NCBI RefSeq assembly: GCF_001194135.2 | Contig: NC_069002.1 | Location: forward strand, 12,943,571-13,000,247 | Length of the DNA: 56,677 nucleotides | Reading direction: 5' to 3' | Source of the DNA: Octopus bimaculoides | Lineage: Eukaryota | Part shown: piece by piece, positions 26,809-39,087 of the stretch | How the letters are laid out: each line of letters starts with the position of its first letter | How positions within the stretch are numbered: position 1 is the stretch's first letter | Made by a program: the position numbers and the translations under genes | The notes under the pieces: model-generated | What the model was told of the DNA's origin: nothing | Database searches by the model: none | The model's input: the letters and a program-made list of their open reading frames with translations, nothing else

Positions 26809-27831
26809 ATAGATAGAGAGAGAGAGCGGGAGGTGCACATGTTATTACCATCAATTCTACCATCACTACAACTATTATTACTGTAGGATAATAAGAAAAT
26901 GGTGCACAATGAGATAAGAACAGAAAATAATAAAATAAACGAAACCAATTTGTTGTAATAAAAAACAGTTGAATCGTCAAACTGGGAAAAACTACACACA
27001 CACAAAGGAAGAAAGAAATAGAGTTAGAGATAGACAGACAGACAGATAGATAAATAGATAGATAGATAGATCTATGGATATAGAAACATGTAACGGTTTC
27101 GTGTAAGATTATATATACAGATAGGTAGACAGGCAGACAGATAGATAGATGATACATACACAGACAGCTATAAACATCTGCATGTCTCTTTTACGGTTGA
27201 CTAGCCGTTCTCTTTCTGTATATGTATATATAGCATCGACACAAATAGATGTATACAGACCTATATATATATATGTGTGTGTGTGTGTATATATAAACAC
27301 AAAGTAGTTATTCAATATGCACTAACTGGTGTTTTATTACACACACAAACACTTTGCATCAGTTTATACTGTTATTTTCACACATATATACATTTATAAA
27401 TTATGCACGCAAAACATGCATGAATATATACACACACACACATATATATATATATAAACACTTTAACACCAAACACAATTACGAACACTGTGCTTTCTTT
27501 GCCGTCATCAACACACAGATATATATATATATATATATGCACACATAGCTCTCTGTATAGATATAAAGAATGAGAGCGATTTGGGACAAAGACAGAGATT
27601 TGCATAAACATAGACTTATAAATAAACACAAACACTACATACATACATATATATAAATATATATATATATATNNNNNNNNNNNNNNNNNNNNNNNNNNNN
27701 NNNNNNNNNNNNNNNNNNNNNNNNNNNNNNNNNNNNNNNNNNNNNNNNNNNNNNNNNNNNNNNNNNNNNNNNNNNNNNNNNNNNNNNNNNNNNNNNNNNN
27801 NNNNNNNNNNNNNNNNNNNNNNNNNNNNNNN

Positions 27832-27868
<37 letters not shown>

Positions 27869-28399
27869 GAGAGAGAGAGAGAAGTAGAGAAAAAGAAAGA
27901 GAAACAAACGCAAATAGAAATGTATATATATATATATAAACCTATCTCTCTCTCTTTCTCTCCCTCTCTATATATACACACTAATTTCCACGGAGCAAAC
28001 TCATACATATATCGGTAAACACAAATGCTTAATACATGCATGCATATTATATATACATATATAAAGTATGTATGCATGTATGTATAAAGTGTTTGCGTGT
28101 GTGTATCTAGAAGCAAACACAAACACACACACGTGTTCTAATGATAGGTAAGATATAGTTGGTTACCTTATCATGTGCAGTTGGTTGGTAGAGGTAAGAA
28201 TCAGATGTATGATGTTGATAAAGCTATAAAAAAAAAATACAAAAGGGGGGGGAACCAGGCGACAGTTAATAATATAATGTCAAGAGATAAAGAACCACCA
28301 CATTGGTATGACATCCATGGCAGCAGCAGCAGCAGAAGCGAGCAAAATTGAACTGATTAAATGCAACGCACATTGACCAGCTGCAGTGACCTCCCTTGG

Positions 28400-28613
28400 T
28401 GCCACTACTCACACACAGATTCTTCTTCCCACTCTTTCTCTCATACTTACACACACACACACGCATCTTTTTTTCCTCTTCCATTTCCTTATTACTTTTT
28501 GTGTTCTCATTCTCTTTTCCTTCTAGTTCACTCAGTCTTCTTTCTCTCTCCCTCTGTCTCTCTCTCCCCCGCACATACACACACATACACGTATGCGCAC
28601 ACACACTCATACG

Positions 28614-28646
<33 letters not shown>

Positions 28647-29390
28647 CTATTTTCTGCTTCCATTTCCTTATCTCTTTTATGTTCTCTTCCTTTCGTTTAT
28701 TTCTCCCCCCCCCTCTCTCTGTCAATTTGTCTGCCTGTGCTTGTCTCTGTCTTTCTCTCTCTCACCCTTTCTCTGTCACCTGAAATTAGCTCAGCTCTGT
28801 GCTATCTCTGCTCAGCTGACCATCATCTTAACTACAGCTCAGCTTTCCCCCACCCCCACTCTCTCCCTCTTCACACATCACTACCGCCCAACCTATTACA
28901 TTCAATACCAGTCCACCCCCTCCATCACAACTCTATCTACTACTCAACCGCTTCTCAGCTCAGTGTCAGCCTCATCAATCCACCCAGTTTTTGCTCAGCT
29001 TATCCTCTGTCCCACATCACAACCACAGTTCAACTTCTCTCTCTCTCTCCATCCCCCCTCTCTCTCTGAACTATACTATACTTCTACTCTCTCTATCTGT
29101 CTCTGCCTGTCCTGTCTTTTTGTTTGTCTCTCTCCTCTGTCTGTCTCTTTGTCTATCTATCTCTCTGCCTCTGAGCTATACCACTTCTACTGTGTCTGCC
29201 TCTCTTTGTCTGTGTATCTCTGTATCTCTCTGTCTTTTTGTCTGTGTCTCTCTGTATCTGTCTTTCTGTCTCTCACTCTCTTCCTCTCCCCCCTCTCTCT
29301 CTGTGCTATTCTTGTCATTCCCTCACTTTATCACCTCCACCAGATCCATACCATACCACACCACACCACACCACACCCCAGTTTCTTTTC
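28400..29390. repeat. CT/CA-rich low-complexity tract
   Basis: Polypyrimidine-biased degenerate microsatellite. A GA-rich equivalent lies at 39230-39500. Confidence 0.85.
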
Positions 29391-29399
29391 TCTCTACAT

Positions 29400-29681
29400 C
29401 ATGGGTTTTCAAACTGTGGTCCGCGGACCACAGGGGGTCCGCAAGGACAAGACAGCAAATACTTTTTATGGGCAATTTGATTTTATACATGTTTTTTAAT
29501 CGAAATCTTTTAATTGACAATAAACCTATTTGTTAAATACTGTTAAATAAATAAATGTAAAAATATATGCTATTTTAAGCAAATATTTATGTATAAATTT
29601 CATAAGCGTTTATAAGGGGGTCCCTAAGGTAAAGCCTGAAATATAAAGGGGTCTGCAAGTCAAAAAGTTTGAAAACCCCTG
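29400..29681. mobile_element. hAT (Charlie-like) MITE, 282 bp
   Basis: TIR CA(T/G)GGGTTTTCAAAC, 15 bp with 1 mismatch. Perfect 8-bp TSD CTCTACAT (29392-99, 29682-89). Subterminal palindrome TGTGGTCCGCGGACCACA. Confidence 0.9.
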
Positions 29682-30305
29682 CTCTACATCATCACTCAGT
29701 TTTATCTCATCTCTGCTTCTTCCCTAAACCCCTTCTATCTCAGGTTGTCCCATCCCCACTTCAGCTTCATATCTTCGCCACATCAAACCCCCTCAAATCT
29801 CACAGATATTATAAACCAGAACGCAGGGCAGATTTCCTCTTTATCCAGCACTTTACCACTTTACACCAAAGCAGCTAGACTCAATTCAGAACATGTATAA
29901 TCATCATTGTCACCACCATGGTCGTCATCATTATCATCATCATTGTTTTAATGTACAATGTACACTTTCCCATGCTTGTGTGGGTCAGACAGAATTCATT
30001 GAGGCAGATTTTTCTGCTGTCAAATGCCTTTCTTGTCGCCAACACTCACCTGTTTCCAAACAAGCTATTTCCCCATTGCTTGACAGATTTTCACAGAAGA
30101 TTGGAAAATGATGGACACTGCTTGTATGACTGAGATACTCGTTTACAACCAATACACAAAGTCAAAACAAAGAGACACTAATACACACACACACACAATG
30201 ACTCACCCTTGACACAATAAGATATATATATATATATATATACCTTCTCCAACTACAATTCTCATATTCGGTTAAAATGTCTTACGTTTAAGCTGGCTCG
30301 CATGC

Positions 30306-30392
30306 ATTTCCCTGAAGAGAAGATTACAATTTTAACATCGCCGATTCCTATGGAAGGTATAATTTGTAATCTTCGAAACATATGTTGGAAAT
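30306..30392 (+). ncRNA. Type I hammerhead ribozyme motif
   Basis: Stem I ATTTCC/GGAAAT (6 bp perfect); CUGAAGA 30312-18; stem II GAAGATTACAA/TTGTAATCTTC (11 bp perfect, G-C closing pair); GAAA 30375-78; palindromic stem III ACATATGT; GUU cleavage triplet. Confidence 0.8.
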
Positions 30393-31013
30393 AAAAGTAT
30401 GCAGTTAACATATGCGTTTTACTCCATTCATTAAATTTATATATACTCAAGTACCCAAGATAACAAGGAGTTTCTACCTCATAAACAGGAGTTACACCAC
30501 AGTCATTTTGTGATCTTTGCTACCTAATTTATTTTGTCCGAGTTAATTATTAACTAGGAGAAAATAGATACATATAATAATAATAATAATAATATATATA
30601 TATATATATATATATATTGCTGCCTCTAGAGAGAGTCATTAGGCCAAAATTAATAACACACGCACCGGTTTGATTTCACTGTTAATCACTCGTTTGTTTA
30701 ACCTGGCAAACATGGCCTCCAAAACAAATTGGGAGAGAAGCCAGTGAAAAGATTGTAAATGGCAACAAAAGGAGTTTGACATGACTGTCTGTTGTTAACT
30801 TTTTTCCCTCTTATAAAGGTAAAATACATAATCGTTCTGCTGTTTTCACAGTTTTACTATGTTTGAAATATCACCTCCTTGTCTGTATAACACAATACAC
30901 ATTCAACACTTCTAAAAACAAAATAAGTTTGTTTACATATGTTGTTGTTGCATTCGAAAGAAAAGCACTTAATTTGTATTTAGCGCTTAATTTGACAGAG
31001 ATTGTTGTCAGTG

Positions 31014-31083
31014 GGCAGTTGAGCTTAATAGTAGAGTACTCAGCCGGTATCCGAGGGGTGTGGGTTCATGTCCCATGGCTGTC
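31014..31083 (+). pseudogene. Decayed tRNA-like cloverleaf (anticodon position GGT)
   Basis: Acceptor GGCAGTT/GGCTGTC, D stem GCTT/GAGT, anticodon stem CTCAG/CCGAG with loop CCGGTAT, T arm GTGGG-TTCATGT-CCCAT. A and B boxes mutated. Confidence 0.5.
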
Positions 31084-31299
31084 TGTTGACAACTTCTTTT
31101 TACCTTATAAGGGAAATAATGCCCAATGTTTCTGCTGTTTTCAAGGCTACACTGTGTTTGAAATATTACCTTCTTGTCTGTACAAAAACACAAAAAATTT
31201 ACTGTCTAACCAAGAGTTAGTTGGATAGATATTTAACTGACTGACTAATAGTAAAGGAATTGAACTGGTGTGTGTGTTGTTAATATTGGCATAATGAGT

Positions 31300-31550
31300 A
31301 AGAGGCATCAGATGTGGTGTACCAGAGAGAAGACTGTTCTGGTATGGTCATGCAATACATATGGAAGAGGACAGCTGTGTAAAGAAGTGCTGATCCCTAA
31401 ATGTGGAGGGAACCTGTGGAAGAGGTAGACCCAAGAAGACATGGAATGAAGTGATGAAATATGATCTTCAGATGTTGAGTCTCACAAAGGTAATGACAAA
31501 TGACCAAGACTTTTGGTCACTTGCTGTGCTTGTGAAGACACATCAAGCTA
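31300..31550 (+). mobile_element. RTE LINE C-terminal remnant
   Basis: RRLFWYGHAIHMEEDSCVKKC*SLNVEGTCGRGRPKKTWNEVMKYDL. Confidence 0.75.
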
Positions 31551-31629
31551 TTATCACTTTGATGGCATGTACTGCTCTCTCTCTCTCAATGATAATAATC
31601 TGACATTTAAGTGTAAGCGCAGACAAGAA

Positions 31630-31880
31630 GTAGTGTAAACGTGTACCAGACTTCATACATGACAATGATATGATCTCAGTGGTATGGGACATGTCTGACT
31701 CGGCTGACAAAAGGATCAATGTAAACCATCCAGGTATAGTTGTCAATAGCTAAAAATAAAAAGCTCTGTATTCCAACAGATATTTCAATATCTTCTTATC
31801 AAAACATGGCATGGAAGCAAGATGGAAAAACTGCCAATGTGAGGATCTTGAAATAAGTTGGTATGGTGTGCAAAAGCGAA
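31630..31880 (+). mobile_element. Decayed RLE-domain LINE fragment (R4-like)
   Basis: VVWDMSDSADKRINVNHPGIVV...MEKL/EDLEI across frameshifts. Confidence 0.5.
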
Positions 31881-31976
31881 AAACAATGCAGATACAAATT
31901 GGAAAACAAAAGAAGAGACATGAAAGAAATATTTTTTAAAAATTACCTCAGGGATAATGTTACATATAGTCTAAGA

Positions 31977-32070
31977 CAGTGCTACTCAAAGTGGTGGTCC
32001 ACAGACCAGTGCCAGTTTGCAAGCTATCAGTAGCCGATACGCAATGAGTTTCCAGAAAAGAATAGCATAA
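31977..32070 (+). mobile_element. hAT/Charlie-like left-end fragment
   Basis: CAGTGCTACTCAAAGTGGTGGTCCACAGACC resembles MER5/Charlie termini. Right end not found. Confidence 0.45.
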
Positions 32071-32108
32071 TAGCAATAGTAGCATAATTTCAGTAATTTC
32101 ACCTACAT

Positions 32109-32517
32109 GCAGGAGTGGCTGTGTGGTAAGTAGCCTGCTTACCAACCACATGGTTCTGGGTTCAGTCCCACTGTGTGGCACCTTGGGCAAGTGTTTTCTA
32201 CTATAGCCTCAGGCTGACCAAAGCCTTGTGAGTGAATTTGGTAGAAGGGAACTGAAAGATGCCTGCCATATATATGTATATGTATATATATATGTGTGTG
32301 TGTGTGTTTGTGTGTCTGTGTTTGTCCCCCCCCCTCCCCAACATCGCTTGACAACCGATGCTGGTGTGTCTACATCCCTATAATTTAGCAGTTCGGCAAA
32401 AGAGCCCGATAGAATAAGTACTAGGCTTAGAAAGAATAAGTCCTGGGGTCGATTTGCTCGACTAAAGGTGGTGCTCTGGCATGGCCGCAGTCAAATGACT
32501 GAAACAAGTGAAAGAGT
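32109..32517 (+). mobile_element. SINE family 1, full copy
   Basis: Colinear with 22617-23098. Confidence 0.9.
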
Positions 32518-32962
32518 TATGCACTGCAGTAAACAACTTATCAACTTATGTAATATTGTATTATTTGTTTATAAAATAAATTTAAGATCAAAAAATTGTC
32601 AATTTTAATTATATTCATTATTGTTTCCATTATATAAATATGTGTGTGTGTGTGTGTGCATATATATGTGTATGTATGTTGGTGTCTCCTTCTTTTGTGT
32701 GATAGTTGGAAGTAAGTGTCATTGACATGCAAAAAGTGGCCTTCACTTTTAATCTTCTGTGAAAAACATGTCTGGCCACAGGGAAATTTTACCTTTCTTG
32801 GAAACAGGTGGGGGTTGGTGACAGAAAAGGCATCCAGCTGTAGAAAAATCTACTGCAATAAATTCCATCAGTCCCAATTGTAAAATGGATGCTAAATTGA
32901 CGATTATGATGATGATGACAATGACAATGATAATGATGACAATGACAACAACGGCAATGACA

Positions 32963-32996
<34 letters not shown>

Positions 32997-33047
32997 CAAC
33001 AATGCTGGTGATGATGATGATGATGATGATGATGACAACAATGCTGG

Positions 33048-33078
<31 letters not shown>

Positions 33079-33804
33079 AGTGATCCTAGATATGCATTGC
33101 CAGACAAAAGGATGAAATGCTCATAGCTACAATGCTTATTGATTATAAGTCTGCCTGACCAGGGCTGACTCAGGGAAGTGGAGGGAAGGGTTAAACACCC
33201 ACAACAAACTGAATCACCTAATTGGGTAATAGGGGAAAGGGTGATCTAATAAAGAAAGATAACTGTAAAAGGAAAGTTCCTGGGAATTGTAGAATCAGAG
33301 TAATTTTGAGAGAAGTCACTACCAGACGTCATCAACAAACAAACAGGGAAGCCTCTTGTATGTTTGACTCACTTGCCAGAAATAGCTGTTAATTCTATCT
33401 CAGGTTAGAAAATAGAAGAAGGCAAAACAGCAGATTGTTCGCAGTTGGAGCACTTTTGATCAAAACATCAAACGCCTGCATAATCAGAGCTCAACAGGAG
33501 GGAGGGAGGGAGGGTGTAACAACAGCAGCAAAGCAGCAGGTGTTGCTGCTGCTTCAACAAATTGGAAGACAACATAAAAAAAAAAGCTTTTTGTCAGGCT
33601 GGGGTGACAGAAAAGAAATTCTTGTTATCAATTGATTAAGTATGTTGTGAGAAAACATAAATCTATACAATTGTTGACAAATATGGACACAGTTAATACA
33701 TATTCAGGAAAGTGTGTAATATATATAGTTATATTCTTCTTATGAAACATATAGACCGCATAGAAGCGCTCAACTTGAAACTGAGGCATTAGGTATGCAT
33801 CCTT

Positions 33805-34095
33805 TCTTTTTATTCTTTTACTTGTTTCAGTCATATGACTGCAGCCATGCTGGAGCATCATCTTTTTGCTGAACCGCTAAGTTACAGGGACGTAAACACA
33901 CCACCATTGGTTGTCAAGCGATGTTGGGGGGGGGGACACAGACACACAAACATATACGCACACATACATATATATATATACCTATATACGACGGGCTTCT
34001 TTCAGTTTCCGTCTACCAAATCCACTCACAAGGCTTTGGTCGGCCCGAGGCTATAGTAGAAGACACTTGCCCAAGGTGCCATGCAGTGGGAATGG
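33805..34095 (-). mobile_element. SINE family 1, head-truncated, internally deleted
   Basis: Reverse complement of the family body; stops at the B box. Confidence 0.8.
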
Positions 34096-34307
34096 TGGAA
34101 GTGCTTGTGCCTCTTCTGATAGATATGAAGGAAACACTTTCTTGATGTCTACTTCAATTAATAAATTACCAGTGCAATAATAGGATTGTGTTTCAGTGCT
34201 TATACTGCAGAAATATATCTGTCGCAGGAACATCTGGGAGTCCCAAAATGCTTAGAAATTGAACCCAGATCACTGAATCTGATACAAAAACAATTAAACA
34301 AACACAA

Positions 34308-34652
34308 ATGAGATTTGATGTGCTCAGCGTCGCCTTCCTGGCGCGTGTAAAGACATTCGAGCGAGATCGTTGACAGTGCCGCTTGACTGGCTCCTGTGCA
34401 GGTGGCACATAAAATACACCATTTTGAGCGTGGCCGTTGCCAGTACCGCCTGACTGGCCTTCATGCAGGTGGCACGTAAAAGCACCCACTACACTCTCGG
34501 AGTGGTTGGCGTTAGGAAGGGCATTCAGCTGTAGAAACTCTGCCAGATCAGATTGGAGCCTGGTGTAGCCATCTGGTTCACCAGTCCTCAGTCAAATCGT
34601 CTAACCCGTGCTAGCATGGAAAGCGGACGTTGAACGATGATGATGATGATGA
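34308..34652 (+). mobile_element. RTE-type 3' UTR repeat with (GAT)n tail
   Basis: GGTTGGCGTTAGGAAGGGCAT...CATGGAAAGCGGACGTTGAACGATGATGATG. Copies at about 8188-8277, 24660-24800, 44911-45060(-), 45250-45373, 45371-45625(-), 50050-50310, 50421-50668(-). A related tail family lies at about 19660-19830(-), 29940-30130(-), 32680-32910, 38225-38390. Confidence 0.75.
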
Positions 34653-35018
34653 CTCACGAGATATATGCTTGACCAAGATCTCATTAAACAATTTCATCTT
34701 TTGGTGCACTTTTCCTTATAAGGTCATCAGCTATACGTCTAGTGCTTTTTAGCCACTAGCAATCAAAATCCACGAAGCAATGTGGTACACCCTTAAAACT
34801 GGTTGGCTTCAAGCAGTGTAGCCATACCATCAAGACCAATGGATGGCAATAACAATAACAATACAGCTAAACCACTGAGATGCTAGAAGCAACCAAATAC
34901 TTGACATGCGGTGTCCCAGAATGGTCACAGTCTAATGGCTAAAACAAGAAAAAAATAAAAGATAGAAAAAAAAAAGGATATTTAATATCTGCATAGATAG
35001 ACAAAAAAGAAGCAACAA

Positions 35019-35052
35019 GACCAGTTTCAATCTTCTATTGAGATTTCATCAG
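35019..35052 (-). ncRNA. Degenerate hammerhead core
   Basis: Minus strand reads CTGATGA-AATCT(CAATAGA)AGATT-GAAA-CTG-GTC. Core and stem II intact; stem I does not pair. Confidence 0.4.
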
Positions 35053-35072
35053 CAACTGAGGACTCTCTTTAA

Positions 35073-35293
35073 CCCTTTAGCATTTAAACAGGCCATATCT
35101 GGCCAAAAGTATTCTGCCTGTTCTATGTTCAAACTGGCCAGATTTGGTCTCCCACACCAACCCTTCAATATCATTTTAAAAATTAACAGCTACCTCATCA
35201 AAATCTAAAAGCTACAAGATAATGCATGATTAGTTCAAAACAATGTGGACGAAAAAGCATTAATTACGGCAGAATAAGGTGAACACTAAAGGG
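35073..35293. mobile_element. piggyBac-type MITE family A, 221 bp
   Basis: TTAA|CCCTTTAG...CTAAAGGG|TTAA. Confidence 0.85.
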
Positions 35294-36869
35294 TTAACAC
35301 ATAAGGCATGAGGGGCCACGATCGTGGTCGTCAGGCACAGGTCGACAGGCCACAATTGTGGCCCAGATAGATACATTTATGGGCGTTTGTTGGGGTCTAA
35401 TGTCACCCAAACGCTCCGATACCCGCCAGAATGCAAGAGGACTAACGGTTCAACTAATGACATTTTAGATGATGTAAAACTTGCCATCATTAATAAACTA
35501 AGAAGATATTTTAACTATTTTTGTTTTGTTTTTGATGTGTGCATGGTAGTCTCATTTTCATAAAATGTGCTCAGCAGTCCATGCTATGTAAGTGCAAATC
35601 CCAGCGCTTTATGGATTAACTGTCCACATAGACATTATTAGGTATGCAACCTTTACGGGCTTGTATAAACTATTTAGAACAATTTGCATATATCGTTATT
35701 TGTTGGTAGAGAGCTGGTTTAATATATTAAAATTATTGGTGCGTTAACAACCCAGTGATTAAGGACGATACCGATAAAATATAGTAAATACAAGACAACC
35801 ACAAAGATGTTTCGTAAATGAAAATTGGTCTGTCGATATTTCACATACAAATATGTATATAGCATGTATGAACACACACACACACACACACATACATACA
35901 GACGTGCGTGAACACAAACATATATACATAAATACCAACACATGTGCACACAGATAGTCATCCGTATGAGTGTTTGTATGTGTGCGTGTGTATGCGAGAG
36001 AGAGAGAGTGAGAGTGAGTGTGTGTGTGTGCGTGTGTGTGTGTGTGCAATAGAAGCTCTTGAACTAGAAATACTACGCTTATTTGTCGCACTCTTACCAA
36101 TCTAATTAACCATTTGATAGTTGTAAACGTGGTGTAGTATAGTGCAAACATTAATTACTTAAACCAAAGAGGAAGTAGTCTTGTCAGATGGTTCTATTTA
36201 GAAAAATTGGGATAAGATATCTCAGTCTTCATTTACAATATAATGTGACTAGTATTTAAACACCCAGAAAAATTTACAAGATCTGTCAAGTAGATTACAG
36301 AACAGAACTTAGATGTATATCTAAAAAAAAAATAGTGCAGAACTTAGTAATTCAGTATGTATCGTCTGTTAAGGACTTTCTGGAATCACTGAGAATAAAA
36401 TAGCATACAAATCACTGTTGGAAAGAGAGCAATTGAAGTTGAAAATAAAAATGTTTCACTTGATAAACATGAGAGAAAATAGTTGGAAGAAGATGAAATG
36501 TGGAATTAAGAAGTTTGTTGAAGGAAAACAGAAAAGTTACTGCTTACGGTGGATACATGAAGAAGTCAAATTCAACCTAAATTATGGTTAAATCAGAGAA
36601 GATCCGATATGAATCTTTTACTACTATTTTGGGGACTTCAATGAACGTCTGTTTTATGAGGGGGAATTTTAAAAATGTGACACAATTATTCAGTGACTAA
36701 TGCTCCATTATGCGAAGGTCCCCTGACTCGCAATCATCAGGTAGTGAGATCGATTCCCGGACTGAGCCGTATTTTGTTTTCTTGAGCAAAACACTTCATG
36801 TCATGTTGTGGAAATGAACTTTTCAGCACCTCTCATATCTATCTATCTATCTATATATATATATATATA

Positions 36870-37085
36870 GGGGGGGGGGTGCTGAAAAGTTCCTGGCTTT
36901 AAAGGTATCATGAAAGGCCTGGCTGGAGGCACAACTTTTCGAGTTCTTTTACAGGGCTTAGAAAAACTGAAAGACTGCTGCAATAAGTGTGTGAATCTGA
37001 GAGGGAAATATGTTGAATAAAATCAAAATTAACTGATCCTCCTGTATTTTCTCTTACCCAAAGTCAGTAACTTATCACCTCCTCG
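36870..37085 (+). mobile_element. mariner-derived MITE retaining transposase C-terminus
   Basis: TA-flanked TIRs; interior translates GLEKLKDCCNKCVNLRGKYVE*, typical of a mariner transposase end. Confidence 0.75.
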
Positions 37086-37149
37086 TAAAAAAACAATATA
37101 TAATGCCTTCCAGAAAAAGACGTCTTGGGATAAATACAGAGAACTTCCT

Positions 37150-37410
37150 TGTAATTGAAACCATGCATAAACATCAACACAGGGAATATCAGTGGAACAT
37201 TCTGGTCAAAACTTTTACCAAGTGCAAAGATAACAGGCCGGGTATATAGTTGTTTGGGACAGACAAGAAAAAGTATGTACCGTCGTAGAGATCGGCTGCT
37301 CTGCAGATGAGAATGTCTTTAACAAAATCAAAAAGAAAGAGGGTAACTTACAGACAACTGCTTTGAAGGCTTCTTCATCTTTCTCTATTGATTATAAATT
37401 CATATGAGAC
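37150..37410 (+). mobile_element. Decayed RLE-domain LINE fragment (R4-like)
   Basis: EYQWNILVKTFTKCKDNRPGI/VVWDRQEKVCTVVEIGCSADENVFNKIKKKE. Confidence 0.55.
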
Positions 37411-37830
37411 CGAAAGAGTGAGCGAAAAGTCTGTTTTTCCATCTTGAAACCACTACATGAGAAGTGAATGAAAGTAATCCAGTATTAGGTTAATAGTAAA
37501 GCTAGGTTAGTAAGCTACTAAATAGCTACTTTTGAGGGCTATGTTTCTATAGGAATCTACGTCCACATAGTACGGCATACATGCTAAGCTGAAGGTATGA
37601 TAGCTATCTGTTTCCTACATAAAATTTAATATAGGTGTATGAATGAAGACATAAATGCAAGCGTGGCTGTTTGCTTAAGTAGATTGCTTTTCAACTATGT
37701 AGTCTTCGGTTCAGTCCCACTTTGCGGCACCTTTGGTATTTGTTTTCTACTAATAAACCTGGTTGAACCAAAGCCTTGTGAGTGGATTTTGTAGGTGGAA
37801 ACTGCAAAAAAACCCGTCATACACAAATAT

Positions 37831-38200
37831 ATTCTTTTTACTTGTTTCAGTCATTTGACAGCATCCATGCTGGGCCACTACCTTCAAGGGTTTTAGTTGA
37901 ACAAATCGATCCCGGGATTTATTCTTTGTAAGCTTAGTGCTTACAAACCGCTTAACCAAAGAGACGTAAACACACCAACATCAGCTGTCAAGTGATGGTG
38001 GTGGGGGAACAAACATACACGCGCGCGCGCACGCAAATGTATACATATATACGACGGGCATCTTTCAATTTCCGTCTACTAAATCGACTCACAAGGCTTT
38101 GGTCGACCCGAGACTATAGTAGAACACTTGCCCAAGGTTCAGTGGGACTGAACCCGGAACCATATGGTTGGAAAGCAAGCTTCATACCATACAACCACGC
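37831..38200 (-). mobile_element. SINE family 1, diverged copy inverted to the adjacent 37660-37810 fragment
   Basis: Reverse complement similarity to the family consensus. Confidence 0.75.
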
Positions 38201-38725
38201 CTATCCTTGTCCTGACATTATTTCATAATTGTAAACGGAAAAACATATCTGACCATGGGAAATATTATCTTACCTGGGAACAGGCGAAGATTGGTGATAG
38301 AAAGAGCATCTGACCAGACAAAATCTGCCTCAAGAAAATTTGTCTGACCCTTGCAAGCATGGAAAAGTGAACGTTAAGTGATAATGATGATGAAGTATGG
38401 CGCAAATACGGAATATTTTGTTGAAATATGTGTAAGAACACAGGGACCCTGTGGAGATAGAATCTTAATAAGGCTGAGGCAGACACGTAGTAAGGATAGC
38501 ACAATAAATATGGCTGCCAAGCGGAGTACATCATAATAAAATGATAACAGGAATAGAATCGGTGGTCACTTTGGAATAAGATAATACATGGAATTTTCAA
38601 AATGATGAGAAAGGTGTGAGGGAGGGAGATAGAGGGACTGACTACACAGACAGGTATGCATTTTTGTTTTGTTTTGTGTTGTTTTGTATTTTAACTGAGG
38701 AGAAAGATCGTGGAGAAATAACGAA

Positions 38726-39087
38726 TCTATATTATAATAAAGAAATCTGCTGACAAATTAGTTTGGATTATGTAACTTTTACTAAAAGAAAGCCATTATT
38801 AAAGTCTACGCTATCAAGAAAACTTTTATAAATTCCAATTATTATTTTTTTTTTTTACCTAAATGCGGTTTCCAAGTTTCTTTTATTATTAAAGATTTCA
38901 AGTATGCGCTTCAACCATAAAGTTAATTTTTGTTCACTGTGACATTTTAATTCACTGTGATAAGACATTTTTAAACATCGCCGTACATAATTCTGGAAAT
39001 CTAAAGGTCGCCCAAATATTTGCAACGCTACTTTCTAAAAAATTATAGATTTATAATTCGGCGTCCGCCAAACTGTGTTCATTCCAG
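38726..39087 (+). mobile_element. Possible non-autonomous Helitron
   Basis: A|TCTATATTATAATAAAG 5' end; GGCG-TC-CGCC hairpin then CCAG|T (degenerate CTAG). Confidence 0.3.

Noticed and set aside
34700-34735. Minus-strand CTGATGA-CCTTATAAGG-AAAA
   Set aside because: Weak stem II and no stem III or NUH site.
36170-36690. A-rich stretch resembling decayed transposase coding sequence
   Set aside because: Many stops and no motif I could assign.
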